A DNA stretch of 32,938 bases from Paraglomus brasilianum (Eukaryota): contig CAJVPI010000010.1 in NCBI GenBank assembly GCA_910592345.1, forward strand, positions 62,001 to 94,938. Reading direction: 5' to 3'. Shown in pieces: positions 1 through 10,628 of the stretch. Both the position numbers and the translations under genes were made by a program. The notes below the pieces were generated by a model. It ran no database searches, was not told the DNA's origin, and saw nothing but the letters and a program-made list of their open reading frames with translations. Position 1 is the stretch's first letter; each line of letters starts with the position of its first letter.

Positions 1-480
1 AAACAGTGCGAAAGTTTTTAACCGAATCTCACTACAAATTAAGAAACCTTTTTCTCTACAAATGCGCTAGAGCAACGAAGTTTCTTTAAAATAAAGGATA
101 GGCAATTATTTGGCAATATCGAAATCGATTGTAACTGGCCTATATTAATATCCACGAGACATCATTTTCGGCGAATAAATACGTCCGAAATATTGACAGT
201 CTGTCTTTCTCAGAAAAGGTGGATTTCACAGTGGTTATGTAAGCGAATGTTACTCATGGAGAATAGATTGTGGGGAATAGATTGTGGGGAATAATAGATG
301 TGGAGACAACTGGATTGATTGTAACAATGAGAATTTTACTGCACGCCATGCCGCTGCATAAAATTTGTCCCCCAATCCAACCCCTATTGTGCGATACAGC
401 TCCCGCAGAAAATTTTCAATGTCAACGGCCAACATGCATTTCCTCACACGATTGTCAGGCAAGATGTCAGAATCTGACAT
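1..480 (-). CDS. Possible GxxExxY-like (PDDEXK_3) nuclease-fold gene, 5' part only, runs off the left edge
   Basis: ATG at 480. Exon 480-340 encodes ...IENFLRELYRTIGVGLGDKFYAAAWRA. A putative intron GT(339)..ctAG(67) leads to exon 66-1, encoding RICREKGFLICSEIRLKTFALF. This resembles the GxxExxY family N-terminus (EVxxxLGxGxxExxYxxAL..EL...G), with D in place of E. The donor (GTAAAA) is weak. Confidence 0.35.
261..305. repeat. 14-bp tandem repeat GAATAGATTGTGGG, two copies plus a degenerate third
   Basis: Exact copies at 261-274 and 275-288, then a decayed copy; lies in the putative intron. Confidence 0.8.
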
Positions 481-1958
481 GTCGGTCACATGATTTTATT
501 TTTCACGTGATTAATAATCACGATTGTAAATAACGTTTTCTATCGTTCTATCGATATCTCCATCATCCAGGTAGAATATTCGAGGCAATCATTCGCTTAT
601 AGCTAAAAGTGCCAAAGAGAAAAATCCTCTGTTGTTCGGCTATTTTTCGCGTAATGGTGTCGTTTGTCTTGTAGATCAATAGTGATTATTTGACTTACAA
701 TTTCAGTTAATGACTATAAATGTTCTTCACATTATGAAAGTGAACTGCTTTCTTATGGCTTATTATATTCTGTCATTGTGGGTGTTTGAGTTTCGGGTAA
801 CACGATTTTCCCATTTTGGCAGCTAAATCTTGGCAATCTGATCGATCAGATAGCGCTTATAAAATAAGCGTTTTCGAACCAATTATCTAAAAATGCTTGA
901 ATTCTTTTGCTACGTTATTAAATATATCGATATTGCGTATTTAAGAATTACCATGATAAATTAATTACCTTTTTCGATAAAAAATGATCAGTGCTTGGAC
1001 GTTAGCGATAAATAGTAACTTGATTCATCTCCTTCCACAAAGATGCCCAAACATAGCCATATTGGAAGCAGCCCAGTTGTTTCCTCAACCACTATGGAAC
1101 TCTTCACTCTTCAGTCTTGTCAACGGTGCGTCTACAGGAAACGCCTTTATTGAGAAAAACAAAAACAATTAGCCAACTCCGTAAGAAGATAAAGAAGGGA
1201 AAGAGTCAAGTCTTCAACAACAAAGATCTTGCACTCTAAGCTGTGTCAGTATCAGTGCCAGCAGATGGGCATTGTACAAATTAACCTGTCCCAAATAAAG
1301 AAATGGATGTTATTTCCAACAGAAAAAGATCCTCTATGCCTCTGCCTAATGAACACAGTCATGTTCTCATAGAGACACCAGTTGTATTTTAATTTGGCAT
1401 GGTTAAGGATTAAGTCTATAAATTTATATAGTAATAGTATAACAAATAATGTTTGATTGTTAGTTTACATTATTATTATACCTAACCTGTATTTTTTCTT
1501 TTTCCTTTACTGGATCAGAATGAACACTACTTCTACCATCCAGTTAGCCAGCAGTTGTTAAATGCAAGAACTATTTAAATATAGATCAATACCAAAACAC
1601 TTCATGCAAGCTTCACTTCAGAAAAGGCCAGACAACAAAGTGATTGAATTACAATATTTTAGACCACCAGATAACAATGGTACAGCACGTAATAGTAACA
1701 AAAAAAAACTGTGATCTTTTTCACATGACATAATAACAAGTGCATCTACCTCCTGTTGTTTACATGCAATCTGTGATGTTGAATTATTACATGGTAATTG
1801 CCTAAAGACACAAGCTACTGGGTGAAGGATTTCCTTCAAGACAATGTTCCAGATGCTGGATTGCCATCCAACAGGCTGTACTTGGATCCTGTAGAAAATC
1901 TATGAGCAATTGTTAAGTAAGACATAAAAAGATAAATACCAAGACTATTACTGAATTA

Positions 1959-3263
1959 CAGTCCCCGGCAAAAAGAATGACGGTGGAGATACTAGTTGTT
2001 TTTTTTGCTGTAGTGTCACCATTTTACTAATTTGGACCATTGTTTATATTACCAAATTAGACAATGAAACATTAGTTTAAAAAAAGAAATGTAAACAAAG
2101 AAGTGTAATATCATTACATCTTATTTTTTACCATTTAAAATGGCACCAAGCTCCCTTGAAGTACAACGAAATGCTGTTAAGTCGCAATGGCAACAAAATG
2201 TCCACAATCCGAAGGAAATTTCCCAAAGATTGGGTATTCCTCTATGCTCCTGTGAGCGATACGTTAGTTTATTGCGCAAAACTGGCAAACTTTCTATAAA
2301 TTACTCTTCTGGTCGCCCAAGAAAAGTAACTCCTAAAAAGCGCCGCCATATCAGGAAAATTTGAAAACACAATTATTTCACTACAGCAAGCGAACTTAAA
2401 GCAAAGTTGGAAGAAAATAACCCTGAACTTGAGGTTAGTGAACGGACTATACGTCGTGAGCTCAATAACCTCAATTTTTTTTCTGTTATTTCACGAAAAG
2501 TACCTCTTCTAACCCAACAAGCGAAAGACAATCGCTTGCTTGGACATGTAAACATGCGCGATACAATTGGCGGAAAGTTGTTTTTTCTGATGAAACAACT
2601 ATTCAGATGTTCACCAATACCATTCACGCATGGTCCCGCAACGCAAAATCTGTCGCCCCTATGGTAAAGCATCCTTATAAAGTCCATGTTTGGGCAGCGA
2701 TCAGCGCTAAGGGGAAAATTGGAATGCATTCATTTACCGAAAACCTGGACCGTCATTTATACCAGAAAATCCTAAGTGAACATTTATATAATAATGCAGA
2801 TATGTTGCATGGTTGTAACTGGGTCTTCCAACAAGACAATGACCCGAAACACACTTCGCGTGATGATCGAAGTGATTTGAAAGACCGCCTTCCAGGACGA
2901 GTTCTTCCACAGCCCTGATATGAATCCTATCGAAAACGTATGGGCTGTTTTGAAGAAAAAAGTTGAGAGGAAGGTTAAGTATATGGTAATAAAAAATAAA
3001 AAAAAAAAATCTCGCAAGAAGAATTTCTCGATATAGTTAGACAGGAATGGCATGATCTTGATAATATATATTACTTCAATGCATTGATAGCATGCGAGAC
3101 CGGATTAAAGCTTGTATTGATGCTGAAGGAGGCCAAGCAAATTATTAATATAATAATAAAATATGTAGCATTGGTGTTGGTCTTCTATTTAAAATAATAA
3201 AATTTTTGATTAATACTAAATTATGTCAAAAAAACTGTCCGCCATTCTTTTCGCCGGGGACTG
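1959..3263 (+). mobile_element. Tc1/mariner DNA transposon, near full length (1305 bp), non-functional
   Basis: 25-bp TIRs: CAGTCCCCGGCAAAAAGAATGACGG (1959-1983) and CCGCCATTCTTTTCGCCGGGGACTG (3239-3263), 2 mismatches. TA on both sides (1957-1958, 3264-3265). Internal transposase. Confidence 0.95.
2140..3148 (+). pseudogene. Tc1-like DDE transposase pseudogene
   Basis: HTH region with GRPRK, then SERTIRR, KVPLL, WRKVVFSDET, VHVWAAIS, FQQDNDPKHTS, SPDMNPIENVW and SMRDRIKACIDAEGG. Premature TGA at 2362-2364, frameshifts near 2540, 2910 (WPS motif deleted) and 3010. Stop TAA at 3146-3148. Confidence 0.92.
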
Positions 3264-3764
3264 TAGAAGTATTTATTATTATGGGTGAGCATTCCAGATA
3301 GCATTGTAATCAATCTTGTAGAATCAATGTCTTGCAGTTGTAAGCTCACTCTTGCAAGTAGTGGCGAGTGAATAAATTGTTTAACAAAATCCATAAATTA
3401 TCAGCATTCAGACAAACCATATTAATATGTAGTAGCATTATTAATTATCAGAATCAATAATACTGTATGTGTACTGACAAGGCTTTATAAATGTTCTTAT
3501 GTATTTATTCTCAAGACAATATTCTAATCCATTGACTTTGACCTTGCTGTGTGGGATGTTCAGGCCAATAAAATTAACTCCTTTGTTCCTGATTAAACAA
3601 GAAGCTCAAGAAAAAAGGCAAGTTAAAATTATTTGTAGTTGAGATAGTATGTACATATTGTAACTTTTTTTATTTGTCTTCTCATTTGTCACTGATAATA
3701 AAATAGCCTTATATAGTGATCTCAAAACTTTAGCATTAATTTGATACTTATCATAAAGCATGTA

Positions 3765-3940
3765 CATAGTCAACCTCGTTAATCCGAAGTCAACGGGACC
3801 GAGGCTTAAGTTCGGATTAACGGCATCTTCGGATAAACGAGGTAAATTTCTTATTAATATTAATAAACGGGACCAGAATATTTCTTCGGATTAACGAGAA
3901 ATTCGGATTAACGAGGTTTGGATTATCAAGGTTGACTATG
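3765..3940. mobile_element. pogo/Tigger-like MITE (about 176 bp)
   Basis: Terminal inverted repeats CATAGTCAACCTCGTTAATCCGAA and TTTGGATTATCAAGGTTGACTATG, flanked by TA (3763-3764, 3941-3942). The internal motif TTCGGATTAACG recurs at about 3811, 3828, 3885 and 3902. Confidence 0.85.
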
Positions 3941-4478
3941 TACTTAGTGTACATTATTGGCAGGTGAATAGAATTTATTGTAAAATATCAAATAAACAAT
4001 GTTTAATGTCAAGTCAACAATTGTGGGAGATCGAAGGATTTAGCTATTTTCAAACGAAGCCGCGGCTTCTCCTAATTCTAGTTACATATAACGACAGTTA
4101 GTAATCTGTAAACTAGGCTTTACCACTCACGACCTTACGTCGATCAGTAGACACTAATCCCTAAACGGTTATTCTCCCCTTCCAATGGTTGGAGTATACT
4201 TGTATGTATCTCGAATGCGTATCTCTTTTTAAGCAAATAACAATCGTAATGCCACGAGAATATCCTTGGGACAAGAGGCGGATATTCCTAATTGATATAG
4301 GATTAGTGATTCACGACTATATCGAATAATTTATCAACGAACGAATCATTAATAACGTATCCAGAATATAAAAAACTACTCGTTTATTATTAGAAAGGCG
4401 TATTAATTGAATATTAAAAGAACATGAATATGATCGAACATGCTGAATTCTATTGGAAAGTTGCGCTTCTTATATCTA

Positions 4479-5086
4479 CAGGGTGGGACAAAAGCATTGC
4501 ACAGTCGTAATCTATTTAATTCCATAAATTTTTATATAAAATAAAAAAACTAACTTTTGGACCACTTACTTCATCGGTTGTCTAAATGAAATATTAATGT
4601 TTATTTATATAACATGTCATGATAAGCAGAACAATAAACTAGTAAAAACTCAATTTTCTGCTTTGGCGCATAAACGAGTCCCGCTAAGGAGCTTATTCCT
4701 CATGATCACATAACATCCCAACGGGTTTTCGCAAAATATGATAAGTAAAAGAAGAATGAAATACGCATTTGCAAAAATATATCATAACTTGTTGTTACCA
4801 AGTTCAAGTTGTGATTGCTGCAATACCGAATATTGTCATTTACTTTAAGTAAATAAATTTTCTTTTTAGTTTAAACAAAAATTTAAATGTTTTAAAAATA
4901 GAACTGTGCAATACTTTTTACTAATTTGTCGTTCTGTTCATCATAACACGTTAATTAATAAACATTAATATTTTATTTAGACAACTGATGAAGTAAGTAG
5001 TTCCAAAGTTAGCTTTTTACTTCATTTAAAAATTTATGAATTAAATAAATTACGACTGTGCAATACTTTTCTCTCTCTCTCCCCGG
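4479..5086. mobile_element. Non-autonomous Tc1-like element with long (about 170 bp) degenerate TIRs
   Basis: Starts TA|CAGGGTGGGACAAAAGCATTGCACAGTCGTAAT. Region 4491-4648 is the imperfect reverse complement of about 4915-5070 (e.g. CTTACTTCATCGGTTGTCTAAAT vs ATTTAGACAACTGATGAAGTAAG). Ends ...CCCCGG|TA. No ORF. Confidence 0.82.
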
Positions 5087-5825
5087 TATTCGAAATATAA
5101 ATATTCTGTTTTTTAATAGCGTATCTGCTGAAATTCCCACTGAGATCGTAATCTTGTACGCGGCTGTGTAATATTGCTTGCTGCAGAAATTGCAGCGCTG
5201 AGATGAACAAATATTCTTTGTAACATCGTCGGAGTTACGCAGAAATTAAAGAGAGATACAGTACGTCATCGTTAATATTAGTCCTCACAATATTCTTGTT
5301 CTGGTTAACATCTTCTATTGCGTATATTCATTTATATGATTTAAAATGCACATGCCATAGTGTCACTACGCGTAGAAGACAGCTTCATCCACATCACTAT
5401 GAATAATATTTTAAGATTAAAACGTGTTCAAATATGGCCTATCTGTCCGTTTAAAAGCTTTTATTGCTCCGAATAATACTTGTCCAGTTTCTCAACTGAC
5501 CATTTTTTTTCTTTCAAAACATCAGTTGACAATTTTTGCCGTTGCTTGATAAGAGAAGGCTAAAATGCAAGTTAGAGGTTTAAAATCTAGGACTACCACT
5601 TCATGACATACCTTTATGGATGTTTTTTATTACAATGATTCTAATAAACAAGTTTAAATCTGTATCCTATGTAATCCATTTTACACCTATTGTGAACAAC
5701 CAAAATTAGCGTATATTGTACATATTATTTATATACGAGAAAGAGCTCTACTATACACTACATACAGTCAACCTGTTCATAATTATCACTATCTCCCCGG
5801 AAACCCCGTTTTATAAAATCTAAAC

Positions 5826-5996
5826 GGAAGGCATTTATTTCATCGACAATCATTTCATCGACAGTACACTTCACCGATAGTCATTTCACGTGACATATTG
5901 TTTATCGTACTTATTATTATCATTGGTTTTCGATGAAATTTATGTTGGTGAAACGTACTGTCGATGAAATGATTGTCGATGAAATGAACCGGACCC
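5826..5996. mobile_element. Foldback-like MITE built from inverted 15-bp subrepeats
   Basis: ATTTCATCGACAATCATTTCATCGACAGTAC (5837-5867) is exactly inverted as GTACTGTCGATGAAATGATTGTCGATGAAAT (5955-5985). Outer boundaries and TSD are uncertain. Confidence 0.72.
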
Positions 5997-7581
5997 TATA
6001 AAACAATACTCAAACAGGAGTAGTCTGTATTGTCGTACAATTTCATTTGGAAAGGAGTCCTTGCTTATGCTCATCTATAAATTTGAAATGTTCAATGACT
6101 ATTGAGAGAACGCATTATAAAGAAAGCCAATTAAGCCATTTATGTCAATAATGACACAGTTAAGAGAACAGCGCTTACCAGCATATGCTTGTCTTTCGGA
6201 TATCCTCTAAGTAGTAGTAGTATTATTATTGGGCAAATTATTTAGTCAACCACACAAGACTTTTTAGTGACAATAGTCAATACTTGAAAAGAATTATCCA
6301 GTATTGTTTTAAATAATTGGGAAAATAAAAGGGTATGAGTCTCAATAAAATAATGGACTTTCTACAAACTCAGAATTAAGTTCAGTAGATGTTCATACAG
6401 AAAAACCAGAAGTGTTTCCTTTTATTATAAATTGTTATTGAGATCAAGCGTTATAACCAAATATTAGTACGCTGTCCTTCAACAAAATAGATAACTTGCA
6501 AACATACTCACTTAAAAAAAACCATGAAATTCAGTTCTTATTCACAAAGTAAAATCTTAATCAAACTATTGTATTCAATGACCGCTTCTTGCACTTGCAA
6601 ACATGGTGGCTGTCCGTGCTAAATTGTATAGTTTACGACGGTTTGATATTCACGACTAGTCGCAAGCTTAAAGAGCTGTTGTGGCTTATGAGACATCATC
6701 GCGTAAAGCAAGAATGGCACTGGATGCTTTAAAATAGTATTATAAAGTCTAAGTTAATTTCGCCGAATTCATTGTGAAAGCTCTTTGCATTAAACAACGA
6801 TGTATGGTTTTAATAAGTTCTGCGTTACTGTCCGATGGCTGTTGTACTACTGTTACCCTTCCAAGTTGCCAATTATGTTCTTATATTAACCGCCTCCTTA
6901 TCTACATCTCATCTGCGCAGATGGAGTACTACACAATCCATCGAATGACAGACAATTTGTCCCAATCATTATCTAATTGGGGTTTCTTTCTCAACCTTTT
7001 TCAACACTAATGCAGCTTGGCTACCTATTATTTTTACTAATAAGTCTGTTCTCTTGTTTCACAAATATCTATATGAAAAGTTGATAACCGAAGCAAATTC
7101 TTGCCATTAATTGAGCCTGACATGATTTACTGCATACAATAATTTTAAGTATGGGTATTGTATAATGTCGATCATGACACATCGAGGCTTAGCACGACCT
7201 TCAACCTATTTCTGCTGCTCATGCGACTGACCTCTGGGCTTGCGTCAGTAAATAAACCGATTACGTTTATGTTTGTTACAATTATTCAAAGTCAAAATTA
7301 ATCGTGAACCAAACAGATACTATAGCCTGGACGAACAAAAGATTAAGCGCTAATCCCTCTTTGATTTTTCAGATTGGCTAAGCGTATATTTCCTAAGAAA
7401 AAATTTTTTGAAACTTTGTTGTTTTACTTATGCATGTTGCTGATTAATTTCTTTTACAAATCACCTGACTGTGTTTTAGAATCTTTAGAATCCGAACGTA
7501 CTTCTATCAGAGGAAATGATCGTCCGACTCATATAAGAACGCATTTCTAAATTTGGTCAATATACTTCATAAAATCCAAAT

Positions 7582-9416
7582 ATGGTTCGTTCGAGTGAAT
7601 ATAATAATAACGACTATTATAATTTCTGGCGCTTCTGTTATCAATTGCATTTCATTTACTGCCATTCTGACATTTTGTTCTTTGTTGAAAACATTAACAT
7701 TCTTTTTGCCGCAGAAATAATGTCAAGCCAGGCCTTTATTACTGAGAGGGACTTGCTGCAAACAGCTCTTCCAAGTACAACATACGAAAATAGTACCTTA
7801 TATTATTGCTATCATCTTGGAAGTCGTACCCCTCCAAGTTCTGTCAGACACTGGCATTCCTTCGCTGAAGACGTGAGACGATATGAAGTAAGAGATTATC
7901 GCATGTTTCCACCGCTCAACGTGAGGGACGACACTGTCGAAATTATTGATGAGACAAACCTATTGCTGTTAATGGATAATACTATATTGACCGTCATTCG
8001 CAGCATTTGGGATCATAGAAGTGTTTCTCTTTTTACAATACGAGATACCTTGAGGGCAAATTGGCATATGACCAATAACGATGGGAGAGCAATTGTTTGC
8101 ATTTCTCTTATACCATGTTGGGCTTTGAAAACAAGCAACCATGCCGATGCTGTTCTCGAGTATGAAAGGGGTGAAACCGACTTCTACAATTATGTTAATA
8201 ACATGTATGATTACATGTTGAACCTTGGAATACGCTACGGGATATTGACGACCTATGACAACACTTGGTTCATGCGAAGGTCTTCTGGAGATGAAAATAT
8301 TCTTGAAATATCCCGTTGCCATAATATCGAAACCGATGATTTGTTACTCCTATCCTGGAATTACATAATCTATTTGAGTAGCATTTCTAGACCGTGGTAA
8401 GTAATATTTATCCCTGTAATTTATTTTATTATTTAATTTAGAATGTTAAAAAATGTACGATAATTACATGAGTGGTTACTTATTTTGATTTTTATGCATG
8501 GTTTCAGTCGTCCCGTATTGAATCCAGACTATAACAACGAGAACCATCCACCAGATTCGGGAAATAATCGTTATTTTTCCCGCTCTGTATCCGACAACTC
8601 GGATCAAAACTCGAACGAACAAGGCTCTAGTTCGAGCGAAGAAACATCTGATGGATACGTCAATTATTCAGCGGGGGACCAATCGCAATACTCAAAAGTT
8701 GAATTGCATATAACCAAAGCGACAAAGTCCACTCTCATATGGACCGATATTATTTGGAAAAACTTTCTTGACCATTGGGCAAAGAACGGACCAATTAAAC
8801 TTATTGAATACCATGGTCAATTAATGGTTCTTAAAATAACACCCATCGGAGATACACAAAAGTATAAAAATCTCAGCTCAGAGGCCGAAATTTACGAGCA
8901 TTTGCAACCGCTTCAAGGTATATAAAAAGTTATATTATCAAGATATAAACCATTTTTACAATATACAGAAGTTCGAACTTCTTTCACCTCGTTTATGGGG
9001 ATACTCGAGTTTTATTACATTACGTTAACTCATTGTTAACATTATTTCATACGTTTATCTAAATAGGCAATTGTATCCCCCGACTACTTCACTACGGACA
9101 CGCACTCGAAAACCAATTCTACATCCTCGCTCTCGAGTACCTTCAACCTTTACAAAAAGTGCCTACGAAAGCGTATAGTGAGCAGGCTATGAACATTATA
9201 GCTGATATACATGACCACGGCGTCCTGCATAATGATGTCAGCGTAGAAAATTATATTGTTTCTCTGAATAAGACTACGGGAACTCGGCAGTTGTACATGA
9301 TAGACTTCGATTCCAGCAAGCTATGTACGGAAGAGGATGAACAAACTCTTGATAGCTTGTGGGAGATGAAGATGTACGAGAAACAAAAGGTTTTAGATTT
9401 ATTCGATAGCTTGTAA
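7582..9416 (+). CDS. PD-(D/E)XK/REase-like domain fused to an atypical protein-kinase-like domain (Crinkler-type C-terminal architecture), about 478 aa from ATG 7720
   Basis: Exons 7720-8396, 8508-8917 and 9067-9416 join in frame through GT-AG introns 8397-8507 and 8918-9066. An optional first exon 7582-7594 with intron 7595-7714 is also in frame. Motifs: YMLNLGIRYGILTTYDNTWF, MVLK, SEAEIYEHLQPLQGNCIPRL, HGVLHNDVSVEN, IDFD. Confidence 0.85.
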
Positions 9417-10628
9417 TACGAAGAAAGAACTATACGGTAATTTATACGCATCACTATGGGATTGTTTGCCAACAGCTTGGTAAATCATTTATGTATATGT
9501 GTTAGTATGTCTTTACTTAACCTTTAATATGAGTTATACCATGGCCCAACATCAAGAATATATGTATATGTCTACGTTTAGTACAATAAGAATTAACAAT
9601 AAGCGAGTACTCTTCTTTGGTCTTACAAATTATGTAGTGATTTGCATAATAATAATGACAAACATAATTTATTTATACAATACACTTACTATTTATTATT
9701 AAGTTTTAATCATATTAGGCAATAAATTTTATCTTAATGCTCGCAGAGCAGTTTACTCTATAATAATTCAGGATGCGAATGCAAAGAATACAACGTAGTC
9801 TTCCGGGTGGTCCTCATACGATGCTGCCGACCGCTCTTATGTTTTGTGTCTGAACAATGTTTATTACAAGTTTTATGTATAAACAACACGATGTTAGCAT
9901 GCGATTTATACTCTACAATTGAATGATTGCTGGAAAAAGTTGAATTATATGTAATACATCAATAGATCTGTAGCCTAAAGGGTTTGATGATGCGCTACAT
10001 TCGATTAATACCTCGTCGAGAAGGAAAATATATGGTTTTTCGGACAATAGAAACCAATAACTCATATACTTAGTTCGCCTTAAGCGATTGAACAATCAAT
10101 TAGTTAATTTATTATTGAGAGATTAATAAAAACAAACATTAAGAAATAAACAGCTCATCGTTTTAATATACGTTCAGACCAAACATATTAATATGTTTCT
10201 TTACTTTCTCACATGAATATACATCGATGTTCATTATAATTCGAAATGCGATAAATTGTGTCACAATATCAAATGTTGTATCAGATGATCGCATAGCAAT
10301 CAACCCACTTGATTATGTATGAACTCAATTGAGGCATTCTAACAAGGTACACTACGTTGTAGTCATATAATTTAGAAGAGAAGTGTTTGCTTGTATTATG
10401 CAAAGAAGATTATGGTCAGTCAATGGCGACATGGATTGCTAAGACTGATGAAGAATTGTTGCTTGTTGAGTGAGTGCAAAAAATGCAAGATAATAGAACG
10501 TGGACACACTGTTAATGAACTTCATTACGTTACAGGCTGTGTTTAACCCAAACTGAGTATTAATATCATATTTGCTCTATTAATTCCGTGCTACATAGTT
10601 TAACTATATTCAAGTTTTTCATCTCGCA

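Larger units (their letters stand above)
1787..3380 (+). pseudogene. Old Tc1-family transposase relic (C-terminal DDE half), split by the younger Tc1 insertion at 1959-3263
   Basis: 1787-1958 reads, with frameshifts, LHGN-PKDTSYWVKDFLQDNVPD-LD-PSNRLYLDPVENL*AIVK...KTITE (compare Tc1 QDNDPKHTS...WPSNSPDLNPIENLW). It resumes after 3265 as (L)EVF...SIPDSIVINLVESMSCSCKLTLASSGE*IN. Confidence 0.75.

Noticed and set aside
7969..8322. Antisense ORF, and similar ones overlapping the methyltransferase, HMG and transposase genes
   Set aside because: Shadow frames of well-supported genes on the opposite strand or in another frame.
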